From: Clostridia bacterium
GTDB taxonomy: Bacteria > Bacillota > Clostridia > Oscillospirales > CAG-382
Direction: 5' to 3'
DNA: 64,000 nt
Assembly (NCBI GenBank): GCA_017456765.1
Contig: JAFTIR010000017.1
Span: 9,248-73,247 of the forward strand
The notes below the pieces were generated by a model. The model saw nothing but the letters and a program-made list of their open reading frames with translations. It ran no database searches and had not been told where the DNA came from. The translations under genes and the position numbers were made by a program. Shown piece by piece: positions 47,806-56,038 of this stretch; position 1 is the first letter of the stretch; each line of letters opens with the position of its first letter.

Positions 47806-50079
47806 ATGGAGAAAACAAAAGAACTTCCGTCGGGTTATTACGCCGTAGTAGCGTGTGACGAAGATGCCTCCAAAGATTTCTTTATTTACAAAGGCGAAAA
47901 ATATTCAGTTACCCCCGGCAAAAATTTATTTTCTTGTCTCAACGATGCCTATGTTGCATCCGATACCGTTCCGTGTAAAGTTCTTGAGGGGCTTGATTAC
48001 GAAAGCTTTGACACACCCGTTATTATTATGAGCGGCGGCGAGCATTTATACAACAAAGGGACTCCCGCAGGCCGTTCAATCAAGGTTGACCATTCAGTAA
48101 CAATTCTCGGAAACAATGCATCTCGGAATCCAAATCTCACATCATCTTCACCGTCGGAAAGACCAATGCTGAATCCGGAAAGGCAATCAGATGAAACAAT
48201 TCTCGTCAGCGACAGCTTCTGGTGGGGTCGCTTTATTATAGACGAAGGATGCAGAGCTGACAAAATAATTTTTGACGGTATTACTCTCTCACAAATGTGT
48301 CTTGAGGACATGAGAAGAAATACAGAGCTTGACGCTTATATTTCCTTCAGAAATATAATTCACAGAAGTCCCATATTCAGAACCATGTACAAAATTCTTC
48401 ATCCGACAAAGAGCTCTGCTCTCAAAAGAAAGGTCGAGATTATAAATATACGTATTGAGGACATGGACGATGCGGATTACGGCAACTATTTCATGACGCC
48501 TGCGGTAGACGAGCTAATACTTGACGGACTTGTGGTTGCCAATACTACTCAGATTTTCGGATTTACATCGGCATGCGGCGACATATCAAACATACCCGAA
48601 AATGCCCAAAACGCACGTATTACAATCAAGAATTCCTATTTTGAAGCTCTTTTGAGTGAAAATTCAATCCGGACAGCTCTGCCGGATCTCGGCGAAAGGA
48701 GCTTCGAGGTTACAGTTGACAGCTGCATATTCAATAATGCTTCACTGCCCGGCGAGCCTCCTCTTACACTCGATGTTCCCACGGATAAGGCTTCGGTAAC
48801 CGTCAGAAATTCAACATTTATAAATTCTCATGATATTTCTGTCTCTGCCATCAGATTAAACGGCAGTGGATGCAGTATTCATCTTGAGAACAACACACTT
48901 TCAGGCTTTACGGCCGAAACACAGCGCATACTACCCGACCACGGAAAAGGTCCCGATTACGTAGAAAATCACGCTTCCGACTGGGAAAGCGGCTGTCCGG
49001 ACAGCCATACTGTCATCGGTACAGACAAGGCGGATTTTTCCAATCTCGACAAGCTATACGAGGGCAAGCGTGCATATTACGGTGACCTTCACGTTCACAC
49101 CAGCTGCGGCGGTACATCGGACGGTGCATATCCGATGAAGGACTGGCCCGGAACAATGGATGAACTTCACCTTGATTTTGCGGCCGTCGTCGACCACGGA
49201 CAGATGAGAGGCTTCTTCCTTCCCGAATGGGATGACGAGCGTTTTATTATAGGAACGGAGCCGGGTACAGCTATTACCGATCTCACCTCCTGCCGTCACA
49301 ACTTACGCTCTATGCACTATAATATGCTCTTTCCCCACAAGTACGGTCTTGCCATGGTTATGGCAAATTTCCCCGAATATAAATTCAAAGGGGATGAGCT
49401 GACAGGCACATATGTGTATGCTCGTTTCACCAAGGAGAGATTCAGAGAACTTGTGGACTATATTCAGTCCATCGGCGGTGCTGTTGTGCATCCTCACCCG
49501 AAAATGATGATATGCTCTGACGATCCCCTCGATTATTACATCGGCGAGCACACATTTCTCGAAACGCTTTACGATAAATACGGTTCAAATTATTCAATAA
49601 GAAATTACGATTTATGGAAAAAGCTACTCGCATTGGGGAAGCATGTTTACGCATCAGGGGGGTCAGACACCCACGGCGGTGTTCGAAATGATACTGTTTC
49701 CACCTTCTACACTACCGAGCGCTTGGGAATTACCTTCTTTGAAACTATGAAAAGAGGCGATTTCAGTGTGGGAGCAGTTGGCATACAAATGGCGATAGAT
49801 GACTCACCTATGGGTTCTGAAATTTCCTTTGTTGACGGAATGGTACTCAACGTGCGCGTCGGCGATTTTTATAAATGCGAGATTTGCGACGACGGTAAAT
49901 ACGAAATAAGGATTTTCACCGACAAGGGACTTGCTTATGCATCGGCATACAACGGACAACTGACGCAGAATATTGCACTTAAGGTTCAGGACAGAGCTTT
50001 TTACAGAGTCGAAATTTTCGACCTCAAACAAGGCTTTGTGATTTCTCATTCCAATCCAATTTGGCTTGATAAAAAATAA
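47806..50079 (+). CDS. Fusion protein: N-terminal right-handed beta-helix repeats plus a C-terminal PHP-type metallohydrolase domain
   Basis: Repeated V(T/S)(I/V).N..F motifs (VTILGNNAS, ITIKNSYF, VTVDSCIFNNAS, VTVRNSTFINS, IHLENNTLSGF). The C-terminal part has YYGDLHVHTSCGG, AAVVDHG and GGSDTHG, typical of PHP/CehA-like domains. It is monocistronic. Confidence 0.7.
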   Translation: MEKTKELPSGYYAVVACDEDASKDFFIYKGEKYSVTPGKNLFSCLNDAYVASDTVPCKVLEGLDYESFDTPVIIMSGGEHLYNKGTPAGRSIKVDHSVTILGNNASRNPNLTSSSPSERPMLNPERQSDETILVSDSFWWGRFIIDEGCRADKIIFDGITLSQMCLEDMRRNTELDAYISFRNIIHRSPIFRTMYKILHPTKSSALKRKVEIINIRIEDMDDADYGNYFMTPAVDELILDGLVVANTTQIFGFTSACGDISNIPENAQNARITIKNSYFEALLSENSIRTALPDLGERSFEVTVDSCIFNNASLPGEPPLTLDVPTDKASVTVRNSTFINSHDISVSAIRLNGSGCSIHLENNTLSGFTAETQRILPDHGKGPDYVENHASDWESGCPDSHTVIGTDKADFSNLDKLYEGKRAYYGDLHVHTSCGGTSDGAYPMKDWPGTMDELHLDFAAVVDHGQMRGFFLPEWDDERFIIGTEPGTAITDLTSCRHNLRSMHYNMLFPHKYGLAMVMANFPEYKFKGDELTGTYVYARFTKERFRELVDYIQSIGGAVVHPHPKMMICSDDPLDYYIGEHTFLETLYDKYGSNYSIRNYDLWKKLLALGKHVYASGGSDTHGGVRNDTVSTFYTTERLGITFFETMKRGDFSVGAVGIQMAIDDSPMGSEISFVDGMVLNVRVGDFYKCEICDDGKYEIRIFTDKGLAYASAYNGQLTQNIALKVQDRAFYRVEIFDLKQGFVISHSNPIWLDKK

Positions 50080-50102
50080 TATTATTTACGTGATTACACA
50101 AA

Positions 50103-50144
50103 AGGCAAAAGAGCCGCACCAAACCGGTGCGGCTCTTCTATATT
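50103..50144. terminator. Bidirectional terminator between the beta-helix/PHP gene and dnaE
   Basis: 10-bp stem GAGCCGCACC/GGTGCGGCTC flanked by an A-rich stretch (AAAAGGCAAAA) upstream and a T-rich stretch (TTCTATATTTTATTT) downstream. Confidence 0.75.
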
Positions 50145-53100
50145 TTATTTCTTTTCTTTCAGTTTCACATTCTCTTTTTTGAGTATACGTGAGAGGATTT
50201 CAAGCATTGTATCTGTCACAAGTGCATGGATTTCAAGGGCGCGGACAAGTTTCTTTGTGTCTTCAAAGTATATATACACATCCTGCCTGCCGTAGTTGTA
50301 TATTTCAAGAACGCTCTTAACTCTTTCAAACTGCTTTGAATTTTCGCTCGGTACTTTCAAATATAAATCGCTTAGCGGCTTTGGTGTGTACTTTTCGATT
50401 CCAATCTGTGCTTGTCGTGCGGCTCCACCCATAAATGCAGAAAGATTTACCTTTACTTTCTTTGTGTCATCGGTTTGGGAAGCATTTGTGCTCGCCCTTA
50501 CCGCTTCGGGAATCTCTCCTTCTTTTACGTCAATGATGTTTCTGACAAGAATCTTTGGTTCTTCCTTTTGTTCATTTCCCTCGTCATTTTGCGATTCCTT
50601 TACGGAAATTTCGCCCACAACACCTATAACGCTTCCGGGATATAGCCTTGAAGCACTTGCTTCATACACATTCGGGAATACAATGAGTTCAATCTCTCCC
50701 GTTTCGTCCTCAAGATTTACAAACGCCATTCTTGTGTCGCTCTTTGTAAGTTTTTCTTTCTTTGACGAAACAAGTCCTAAAAGTGTTACGGTTTTTCCGT
50801 CACGGTATTTACTTCTGTCCCCGTCGGCTACGGCATTATTGATGTCGGAGAGCTTATCACATCTTAAGCTCTTTGCCGTAGGAGCATACTTTTCAAGGGG
50901 GTGTCCCGAAATATAAAGACCTGTCATTTCCTTTTCCATAGACAGCTTTTCATAATGGGAAAGCTCGGGAATATCGGGATAGGAAATATTGAGTGAGCCT
51001 GTGTCCTCACTTGAAGTATCCACAGCCGAGAACATATCAAACTGCCCCTCAACATTTTTATGGTTTCTTCGCTGAAGCGCATCAATTGCATCGCTGTAAA
51101 CGGCAAGAAGCTGGCTTCTTTTTCTTCCGAGGCTGTCAAGTGCGCCTGCCTTTATAAGGCTTTCGACCATGCGTTTATTGATTTCGGTGTCGGAGATTTT
51201 AGAAAGGAAATCCTCCAGGGTCGCATATCCCGACCCCTGTCTTTTCTTTACAATTTCCTTGACAAAGCCCTCTCCCACATTCTTTATTGCCATAAGTCCG
51301 AAAACAATTCCCTTTTCAGAGGCAGAAAACATGAGTGAGCTTGTATTTATGTCGGGTCTTTCAACCTCAACCCCCATTTTCTTGCAGGTACCGATATATT
51401 CCATGACCTTATCGGTGCTGTTTATCACGCTCGAAAGGAGCGATGCCATATAGTGCTTTGGATAATGGCATTTGAGAAAAGCCGAATAGTACGCAAGGTA
51501 AGCATAACACGCCGCATGGGATTTGTTGAAGGCATACTGGGCAAAGGTTGCCATATCTTCATAGATTTCCTTTGCCGCCTCTTCCGAAATGCCGTTGTTT
51601 ACAGCACCCATTACCTCGGCATTTCCATTTTCATCCTTTTTGCCATAGATGAAATACTCTCTTTCCCTCTCCATGACATCCTTTTTCTTTTTAGACATGG
51701 CACGTCTTACAATATCGGCTCTGCCGAAGGAGTAGCCTGCCAACTTTCTGAAAATCTGCATAACCTGCTCCTGGTATACTATACAGCCGTTTGTGACGGA
51801 CAGTATTTCCTCCAAAGAGGGGTCGGCATACTTTACATTTGAGGCATCCTTTCTGTTTGCAAGGAATTTCGGAATTGAGTCCATAGGTCCCGGACGGTAC
51901 AGTGATATGGCAATTGTTATATCCTCAATGTTTTTCGGCACCATTCGCACAAGTAAACTTCTCATGCCGCCCGATTCCAGCTGGAACACTCCGTCTGTAT
52001 CTCCTGCGGCAAGAAGTCTGTAGGTTTTTTCGTCGTCAAGCGGTATATCCGAAACCGAAATATCCGCACTTTCTGCCGCCTCATAAATGACGGTAAGATA
52101 ACGAAGTCCGAGAAAGTCAATCTTTAAAAGTCCAAGGTCTGCAATTTCGTTCATGGTGTACTGTGTTACAACACAGTCGCCGTTCATCGAAAGGGGAACA
52201 TATTCTGACACAGGCTTATCTGTGATTACAACACCTGCCGCATGGGTAGATGTATTTCTCGGCATACCCTCGATTTTCTTTGCGATATTTATGAGAGAAT
52301 TTACCTTGAAGTCCTCACGGCAAAGCTCTCGAAGCTCTGCGCTTTCCTCAAGTGCCTTTTCGATTGTGATATTAAGAGCTCTCGGTATGAGCTTTGCAAC
52401 TCTGTCAACATCAGAATAAGGCATTCCGAGAACCCTGCCTACATCCCTTATTGCCGCCTTTGCCGCAAGTGTACCAAAGGTTACAATCTGCGCTACATGA
52501 TTTTTGCCATACTTTTCGGCAACATAGTCAATAACCTCCTGCCGCCTGAAATAGCAAAAGTCTACGTCAAAGTCGGGCATGCTTACTCTTTCGGGATTGA
52601 GGAATCGTTCAAAGAGAAGCCCATGGAGCAAAGGGTCAACGTCCGTGATACCAAGGCAATATGCCGCAAGGCTTCCTGCGCCCGAGCCTCTGCCGGGGCC
52701 TACGGGAATTCCGCTTTCTTTAGCATAAGCAATAAAGTCACGCACGATGAGATAGTATTCATCGTAGCCCATTGCGTTTACAACCGACAGTTCATATTTA
52801 AGTCTATCATTGTATACCTGTACATCTGCATTCTCATATTTTGAGAGTCGCTTTTCGAGTCCCTCGTAGCACAGCTTTTCAAGGTATGCCTTTGATGTAA
52901 GACCGTCCGGCGGATAAAATGCAGGCAAGAAAAGTTTATCAAACTCAAAGTTAAAATTACACTTGTCGGCAATTTTAACCGTATTCCCGATTGCCTCGGG
53001 AACATCCGCAAAGAGAGTTTTCATTTCCTCTGCCGTCTTAAGATAGAACTCGTCCTTTTCAAAGCCCTTGTGTCTTCCGTCGGCGAGAGTCGTCTGGGTC

Positions 53101-53768
53101 TGTATGCACATAAGCACGCTCTGCGTCTGTGCATCGTCTTTATCGACATAGTGAGCGTCGTTTGTGGCAACGAGGGGAATGTTCAGCTTCTTTGAAAGCT
53201 TTATAAGTTCGTCGTTTACAATCTGCTGCTCGGGTATTCCGTGACGTTGGAGTTCAAAATAATAGTCCTCGCCGAACAGTGATTTCATTTTCAGGGCGTG
53301 ATTTACCGCATCATCAATATTAGCATCAATTATTCTCTGGGGAACGTAGCCTGCAAGGCAAGCGGAAAGAGCAACAAGTCCCTCGTGATACTCCTCAAGA
53401 AGCGACATATCAATTCTCGGTTTTGAGTAGAAGCCCTCGGTAAAGGCGAGTGACACCATCTTTATAAGGTTTTTATAGCCTGTTTCGTTTTTGCACAGAA
53501 GCACAAGGTGATTATATCTTGAGTCAAGAGATTTATCCCTGCCATGGCGAGAATTGGGTGCAACATAAACCTCGCATCCGATTATCGGCTTTACTCCATT
53601 ATCACGGCACGCCTTATAAAATTCAACTGCTCCGTACATAACGCCATGGTCAGTAACAGCAAGTGCGGGCATACCGCATTCCTTAGCCTTTTTTACGACA
53701 TCCTTTATTCTGCAGGCGCCGTCAAGAAGGCTATATTCTGTATGAACATGCAAATGGACAAAAGACAT
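50145..53768 (-). CDS. dnaE: DNA polymerase III alpha subunit (DnaE type)
   Basis: N-terminal PHP domain FVHLHVHTEYSLLDG, the polymerase core GSGAGSLAAY, PDFDVDF, and a C-terminal OB fold. 1207 aa. Confidence 0.95.
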   Translation of the reverse strand: MSFVHLHVHTEYSLLDGACRIKDVVKKAKECGMPALAVTDHGVMYGAVEFYKACRDNGVKPIIGCEVYVAPNSRHGRDKSLDSRYNHLVLLCKNETGYKNLIKMVSLAFTEGFYSKPRIDMSLLEEYHEGLVALSACLAGYVPQRIIDANIDDAVNHALKMKSLFGEDYYFELQRHGIPEQQIVNDELIKLSKKLNIPLVATNDAHYVDKDDAQTQSVLMCIQTQTTLADGRHKGFEKDEFYLKTAEEMKTLFADVPEAIGNTVKIADKCNFNFEFDKLFLPAFYPPDGLTSKAYLEKLCYEGLEKRLSKYENADVQVYNDRLKYELSVVNAMGYDEYYLIVRDFIAYAKESGIPVGPGRGSGAGSLAAYCLGITDVDPLLHGLLFERFLNPERVSMPDFDVDFCYFRRQEVIDYVAEKYGKNHVAQIVTFGTLAAKAAIRDVGRVLGMPYSDVDRVAKLIPRALNITIEKALEESAELRELCREDFKVNSLINIAKKIEGMPRNTSTHAAGVVITDKPVSEYVPLSMNGDCVVTQYTMNEIADLGLLKIDFLGLRYLTVIYEAAESADISVSDIPLDDEKTYRLLAAGDTDGVFQLESGGMRSLLVRMVPKNIEDITIAISLYRPGPMDSIPKFLANRKDASNVKYADPSLEEILSVTNGCIVYQEQVMQIFRKLAGYSFGRADIVRRAMSKKKKDVMEREREYFIYGKKDENGNAEVMGAVNNGISEEAAKEIYEDMATFAQYAFNKSHAACYAYLAYYSAFLKCHYPKHYMASLLSSVINSTDKVMEYIGTCKKMGVEVERPDINTSSLMFSASEKGIVFGLMAIKNVGEGFVKEIVKKRQGSGYATLEDFLSKISDTEINKRMVESLIKAGALDSLGRKRSQLLAVYSDAIDALQRRNHKNVEGQFDMFSAVDTSSEDTGSLNISYPDIPELSHYEKLSMEKEMTGLYISGHPLEKYAPTAKSLRCDKLSDINNAVADGDRSKYRDGKTVTLLGLVSSKKEKLTKSDTRMAFVNLEDETGEIELIVFPNVYEASASRLYPGSVIGVVGEISVKESQNDEGNEQKEEPKILVRNIIDVKEGEIPEAVRASTNASQTDDTKKVKVNLSAFMGGAARQAQIGIEKYTPKPLSDLYLKVPSENSKQFERVKSVLEIYNYGRQDVYIYFEDTKKLVRALEIHALVTDTMLEILSRILKKENVKLKEKK

Positions 53769-53781
53769 ACTATCACCTCCT

Positions 53782-54005
53782 GCGGGGGAGTCCCCGCTGA
53801 CAATTCACGTTATATTCTCGTGCAAAGCAAGCCCTCGTAGTCGCTTAACGAACCCCGTTTGTCGGGAAAGCCCGACAGCAATTCACGTTATATTCTCGTG
53901 CAAAGCAAGCCCTCGTAGTCGCTTAACGAATACCATTTGGTCGGCATATACGCCACCAACTAAACTCATTCCTAATTCCTAATTCCTAATTCCTAATTCC
54001 TAATT
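53782..54005 (+). repeat. Family B element, copy B4: a tandem one-and-a-half-mer with 5 heptamer units
   Basis: A 50-nt block (ATTCACGTTATATTCTCGTGCAAAGCAAGCCCTCGTAGTCGCTTAACGAA) occurs identically at 53804 and 53881. It is followed by TTTGGTCGGCATATACGCCACC..AAACTCAT and (TTCCTAA)x5. The element fills the whiA-dnaE gap. Confidence 0.85.
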
Positions 54006-54010
54006 TTATC

Positions 54011-54724
54011 TTATTCTTCCCTGAATGCAATTTTTATTATCTTTTCAAGTCTATGATTTACGCAGGACTTTGTAATTGGCGGCTCATGGATAGAAGCAAG
54101 GTCCGTGAGGGACAAATCGGGGTTATCACGCCGAAGCGACGCCGTATAAAGCAGTTTTTCGGGAAGATTTTCAAAGCGGTCATCCCTCTCAAGCTCCTTT
54201 ATTGCTTCAAGCTGTCTGCCCGTGGCATTTGCACTCTTCTGCAGGTTTGCCATTTCGCAGTTATTTACTCTGTTTACATTATTGCGTATATTCTTTTCAA
54301 TCTGGGTGTTGACAAGGTCAAAGGCACACTTTTGTGCGCCGAGAAGAGAAAGTACATGGAAAATGGTATCTCCGTCCTTAAAATAGACTACATACTTTCC
54401 TCTGCGGCGTGACACCTTTGCTTCAAGTCCCATTTCACGAAGAAAAATGCACATTTCGTCCGCATTCATCTCGTTTAGCATTTTCATTTCAAGGTGACCT
54501 CTCTTATCGGGTGCATTTACCGAGCCGCATTTGAGGAAAATTTCGCGCAGAAACGCACCTCTGCATTCGTCGCAAGCAAAGCAGCTCTTATCTATAAGTG
54601 CATTTTCAAAGAGGAATTTATCCGCATTTTCCCTCGCCCTTTTGCAGCACTTTTTTTCTTTTATCTGCCCCAGTGCTTCCTTCACTTCACCGGTAAAGGT
54701 CAGTTTTTCTTTATTATTCATCAT
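54011..54724 (-). CDS. whiA: DNA-binding protein WhiA, short form (237 aa)
   Basis: LAGLIDADG-like core FLREIFLKCGSVNAPDKRGHLEM. C-terminal HTH LRRDNPDLSLTDLASIHEPPITKSCVNHRLEKI. The N-terminal ~80 aa of canonical WhiA are missing. Confidence 0.8.
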   Translation of the reverse strand: MMNNKEKLTFTGEVKEALGQIKEKKCCKRARENADKFLFENALIDKSCFACDECRGAFLREIFLKCGSVNAPDKRGHLEMKMLNEMNADEMCIFLREMGLEAKVSRRRGKYVVYFKDGDTIFHVLSLLGAQKCAFDLVNTQIEKNIRNNVNRVNNCEMANLQKSANATGRQLEAIKELERDDRFENLPEKLLYTASLRRDNPDLSLTDLASIHEPPITKSCVNHRLEKIIKIAFREE

Positions 54725-55608
54725 AGCAAGAAGAATTCTCCGTCTGTTCCCAAAAGTTTTATTTCCGCTTCGAGTGTAACATTGTTCTTTTCAAAAATTG
54801 TCTTTCTTATATGTCTCATAAGAGAAAGAACATCCGCTGTCGTGGCATTTTCTCTGTTGATTACAAAGCCTGCGTGCTTCTGTGACACCTGTGCGCCGCC
54901 GACAGAATACCCCTTAAGTCCTGCCTCTACAATAAGTGCACCTGCAAAATATCCTTCGGGGCGTTTGAAAGTACTGCCGCAGGAAGGATATTCAAGAGGT
55001 TGCTTATCAACTCTTTTTTGCATAAGTTCTCTTGCAGCATTTACACATTCATCGGCATCCTTTTTTACAAGCTCAAATTCTGCACCGAGAATAACATATT
55101 CATCATTATGGAATATGCTTTTTCTATAGGAAAACTCACATTCTTCACTTGAAAGTGTGACAACACTACCGTCTTTTTTGAGTACACGCACGTTTTTTAT
55201 CACATCTTTTGCTTCTCCCCCGTAGGCTCCTGCGTTCATATAAACGGCACCGCCGACAGTACCGGGAATACCATAAGCAAATTCAAGTCCCGAAAGTCCT
55301 CTTTTACACATATCAAGGGCAAGTTTCGTAAAGGACACACCTGCCTCGGCATAAACCGCCGTTTCATCGGACACCTTAACACTTTTCATCTCGGTTGTAA
55401 CGACAATCGGCACTTCAATCTTCTCGTCGGGAAGAAGCACATTTGACATATTACCGAGGACTATGTATTTTTTATTCTCTGACTTTAAGCTCTTTATTAT
55501 CTCACAAAGTTCCGTCTCATTTTCGGGAAAATAGGCACATTTTGCCATTCCGCCCGTTTTCATGGAGGAGTAATTTTTCATTTCTTTATCAAGGATTGGT
55601 GCAAGCAT
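54721..55608 (-). CDS. murB: UDP-N-acetylenolpyruvoylglucosamine reductase MurB
   Basis: FAD-binding motifs and the GSTFKRP motif. The ATG at 55608 has an AAGGAG RBS 7 nt upstream, whereas the ATG at 55626 has none. The stop codon overlaps the whiA start (ATGA). Confidence 0.9.
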   Translation of the reverse strand: MLAPILDKEMKNYSSMKTGGMAKCAYFPENETELCEIIKSLKSENKKYIVLGNMSNVLLPDEKIEVPIVVTTEMKSVKVSDETAVYAEAGVSFTKLALDMCKRGLSGLEFAYGIPGTVGGAVYMNAGAYGGEAKDVIKNVRVLKKDGSVVTLSSEECEFSYRKSIFHNDEYVILGAEFELVKKDADECVNAARELMQKRVDKQPLEYPSCGSTFKRPEGYFAGALIVEAGLKGYSVGGAQVSQKHAGFVINRENATTADVLSLMRHIRKTIFEKNNVTLEAEIKLLGTDGEFFLL

Positions 55609-55707
55609 ACAGTTCTCCTTATACATTTATTCATTATAAGTATAGCATGGATTTGTGAATTTGTGAAGTGGTTTTATGTTTTTTATTGCAAAATTTAGTC
55701 TACAAGA

Positions 55708-56020
55708 ATTCCGCACTCTGCGGAGGGCGTTTTCCGTCACTTTTGACACAGCAAAAGTAACCAAAACTGCCCACTCTGCAAAAAAATTACCGCTACGCTC
55801 AGATTTTTTGCGAGCCGTGGCGGCTCTTTTGACCTCAACGAAATATTAGAAAAAGCTCCGATTTTATTCTCACTATTAAGGTGTGGTTCGCCTCGCCTTG
55901 CGAGGCAATAGCCTGCCAAAGGCAGGCAAACCATGTGGAGTAGTGAGAGAAAAATATAAGTTTTCTCCAATTCTGCGTAGAAAACAAAAAAGAGTCGCCC
56001 TCCGCAGAGGGCGAAACATT
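55708..56020 (-). repeat. Family A element, copy A4 (centre inverted relative to A3/A5/A6; one arm shortened)
   Basis: ATTCCGCACTCTGCGGAGGGCG-TTTTCC-GTCACTTTTG..CAAAAGTAAC...CCCACTCT-GCAAAAAA..TTTTTTGC-GAGCCGTGGCGGCTC. Centre 55886-55931: GGTTCGCCTCGCCTTGCGAGGCAATAGCCTGCCAAAGGCAGGCAAAC. It ends in the CGCCCTC..GAGGGCG hairpin. Confidence 0.8.
55981..56013 (-). terminator. Rho-independent terminator of mgtE, formed by the terminal hairpin of repeat A4
   Basis: On the minus strand: CGCCCTC-TGCG-GAGGGCG followed by ACTCTTTTTTGTTTT, 26 nt after the mgtE stop codon. Confidence 0.7.
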
Positions 56021-56038
56021 CCTAAAAAGTTAAAAAAA

